From positions 1 to 37,883 of the IMG/VR virus record IMGVR_UViG_3300020045_007828: 37,883 bases of DNA; one strand, given 5' to 3'. The notes below the pieces were generated by a model. It saw only the letters and a program-made list of their open reading frames with translations, ran no database searches and was not told the origin of the DNA. Shown piece after piece: positions 36,054 through 37,883 of this stretch. This DNA comes from a virus (Duplodnaviria; Caudoviricetes). The translations under genes and the position numbers were made by a program. Numbering within the stretch: the first letter of the stretch is position 1; every line of letters begins with the position of its first letter.

Positions 36054-36689
36054 ATGATGACTAAGGCCGCAGTATTTCTATTTGATTTAACGGGGGTGAT
36101 GGCTGAGCCATGGGCCGAAGCAGGGTATGACTGTTACTGCTTTGATATTCAGCATCCTGAAGGTATTACCCAAGACCCTATTTACGACAACATCTACCTG
36201 ATCGGTGGTGATATATCCAAAGGCGTGACGCTTCCCGCTGGTGTGAAGGAACGTGTAGCGTTCGCTGCAGCGTTTCCACCGTGTGACCATCTCTCAGTAT
36301 CCGGTGCGCGCTGGTTCAAAGGTAAAGGGTTGCGTAAGCTCGCCTGGTCAATCGAATTGTTTGCCACCGCTGCTGAGTTCTGTGAAGAACTTGATGTGCC
36401 GTACCTAATTGAGAACCCAGTCAGCACCATCAGTACCTATTGGCGTAAACCTGATCACACCTTCCACCCTCATCAGTGGACCAACTTGTGCCCGAACGAT
36501 AACTACACTAAAAAAACGTGTCTGTGGGTCGGGGGGGGGTTTGTTATGCCGCCACCTGATAAAGATGAAAGCTTACCTGCACCGGATGACCGCATTCATA
36601 AATGTGCGCCATCCGAGAACCGTGCAAATATTCGCAGCGCTACACCGGAAGGTTTCGCAAAAGCAGTTTTCAAATACAACCATAAATAG
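36054..36689 (+). CDS. Compact phage DNA cytosine-C5 methyltransferase
   Basis: Catalytic FPPC, IENPV, KKTCLW and RSATPEGFAKAVF. Divergent motif I (FLFDLTG). Confidence 0.8.
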   Translation: MMTKAAVFLFDLTGVMAEPWAEAGYDCYCFDIQHPEGITQDPIYDNIYLIGGDISKGVTLPAGVKERVAFAAAFPPCDHLSVSGARWFKGKGLRKLAWSIELFATAAEFCEELDVPYLIENPVSTISTYWRKPDHTFHPHQWTNLCPNDNYTKKTCLWVGGGFVMPPPDKDESLPAPDDRIHKCAPSENRANIRSATPEGFAKAVFKYNHK

Positions 36690-36701
36690 GGAAACCAACC
36701 G

Positions 36702-37883
36702 ATGCTCAGCCGTAATTTAATGCACGGATACCAAAACCGCGACGTGGATATTCTGAAAGAGAACCCTTACCACGGACTGTGGAGACAGATGGGCCTTGGC
36801 AAGACGATCACCACTGCTACAGCGCTGCGGGACATGATGGATGACTTCACCATCGGTAGAACGCTGATCGTCGCACCGAAGCGTGTGGCACTCACCACTT
36901 GGCCTATGGAGTTCCGCAAGTGGGATCACCTGCAGGGTATCCGCACCGAGGTCATTACCGGTAACACCAAAGAACGCACCCGCGCACTGCTGAAGCGCTC
37001 AGACATTCACATCATCAGCCGCGATAACCTTTGGTGGCTGTGGGAGACATGCGGGAAGAAGTGGCCTTGGGATACGGTGGTGCTGGACGAATCGAGTAGT
37101 TTCAAGTCACAGTCAAGCCGCCGCTGGAAAGCAATGCGTCAGGCGAACCGGTACGTCAAGCGACTATACGAACTGACTGCCACACCATCACCCAACGGCT
37201 TGCATGACCTGTGGGCACAGATTTACCTCATGGATAAAGGTCATCGCCTGGGTGCCACCGAGAAGGCGTTCCATGATCGGTGGTTCTACTATGACCGCGC
37301 CGGTAACGGACGCACGCTGATCCCGAAGGATGGTGCCGAAGATCAGATTCACGAAATCCTCAGTGACATTGTGACCAGCGTCAACGCGGAAGACTACCTG
37401 GACATGCCCGACCTGATCATTAACAAGGTTGAGTGTGACCTAGACCCTGTGGTGATGGCGAAGTACAAGAAGTTTGAGCGCGAGATGGTGATGCAGCTTG
37501 AATCGCTCACCGAGATTGAAGTGGATAGTGCAGGGGTGTTGTGTGGCAAGTTACTTCAGTTCGCTAATGGTGCGATGTACACCGATGAACTGCGCAACTG
37601 GGAACTGATCCACGATGAGAAAATCGAAGCGTTGAAGGAAATAGTTGAGGCGCATGAGGGCTACCCGATCATGGTGGCATACAACTTTAAATCCGACTTA
37701 CAACGTATAAAGCGTGCATTCCCTCACGCCACCGTGATGGACGACAACATAGAGACTCAGGAACGCTGGAACGATGGGAAAATCCCCATGCTTCTCACGC
37801 ACCCCGCCTCATCTGGACACGGGTTAAATCTGCAGGGTGGTTCACACATTATCGTCTGGTTCGGCTTAACGTGGTCACTAGAA
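36702..37883 (+). CDS. SNF2-family helicase (partial, runs off the window; absent from the ORF track)
   Basis: Hand translation from ATG 36702 shows MGLGKT, LIVAPKRVA, VVLDESS, LTATPSPNGLHDLWAQ, KLLQFANGA and HPASSGHGLNLQ. Confidence 0.93.
   Translation, partial: MLSRNLMHGYQNRDVDILKENPYHGLWRQMGLGKTITTATALRDMMDDFTIGRTLIVAPKRVALTTWPMEFRKWDHLQGIRTEVITGNTKERTRALLKRSDIHIISRDNLWWLWETCGKKWPWDTVVLDESSSFKSQSSRRWKAMRQANRYVKRLYELTATPSPNGLHDLWAQIYLMDKGHRLGATEKAFHDRWFYYDRAGNGRTLIPKDGAEDQIHEILSDIVTSVNAEDYLDMPDLIINKVECDLDPVVMAKYKKFEREMVMQLESLTEIEVDSAGVLCGKLLQFANGAMYTDELRNWELIHDEKIEALKEIVEAHEGYPIMVAYNFKSDLQRIKRAFPHATVMDDNIETQERWNDGKIPMLLTHPASSGHGLNLQGGSHIIVWFGLTWSLE

Overview
About 38 kb of a tailed dsDNA phage (siphovirus) genome with Chi/Nazgul-like (Casjensviridae-type) gene content. 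The host is probably a beta- or gamma-proteobacterium (inferred from RdgC and IHF-consensus sites). Minus strand, 24.8 kb down to 0.3 kb: a lambda-type head module (TerS, gpA-like TerL, gpW, portal, S49 protease with nested scaffold start, decoration protein D, capsid E), neck and tail genes including a -1 frameshifted tail chaperone, a 1395-aa tape measure, a 1869-aa tail-tip protein carrying inserted lectin-like domains, and a lysis cassette. A repeat-rich non-coding region (probable origin, possibly also cos) lies at 24.8-25.2 kb next to a tiny AT-hook gene. An NrS-1-like primase-polymerase/SF3 helicase and a Cro-like gene follow. A divergent plus-strand replication and nucleotide-metabolism arm then encodes a DUF2800 nuclease, DUF2815 SSB, RdgC, a frameshifted dUTPase, a family-B DNA polymerase, a DEDDh exonuclease, a DksA/TraR-like finger, VRR-NUC, a C5 methyltransferase and an SNF2 helicase running off the end. 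No integrase, CRISPR array or reverse transcriptase is visible. All product calls come from motif recognition and synteny, not database searches. I could not establish a new system. The best leads are the structured intergenic RNA with an aberrant tRNA-like cloverleaf (30.46-30.67 kb), the iteron array paired with an AT-hook protein, homopolymer tracts in the dUTPase and methyltransferase, the modular lectin cassette in the tail tip, and the nested dyad/IHF site at 128-247.
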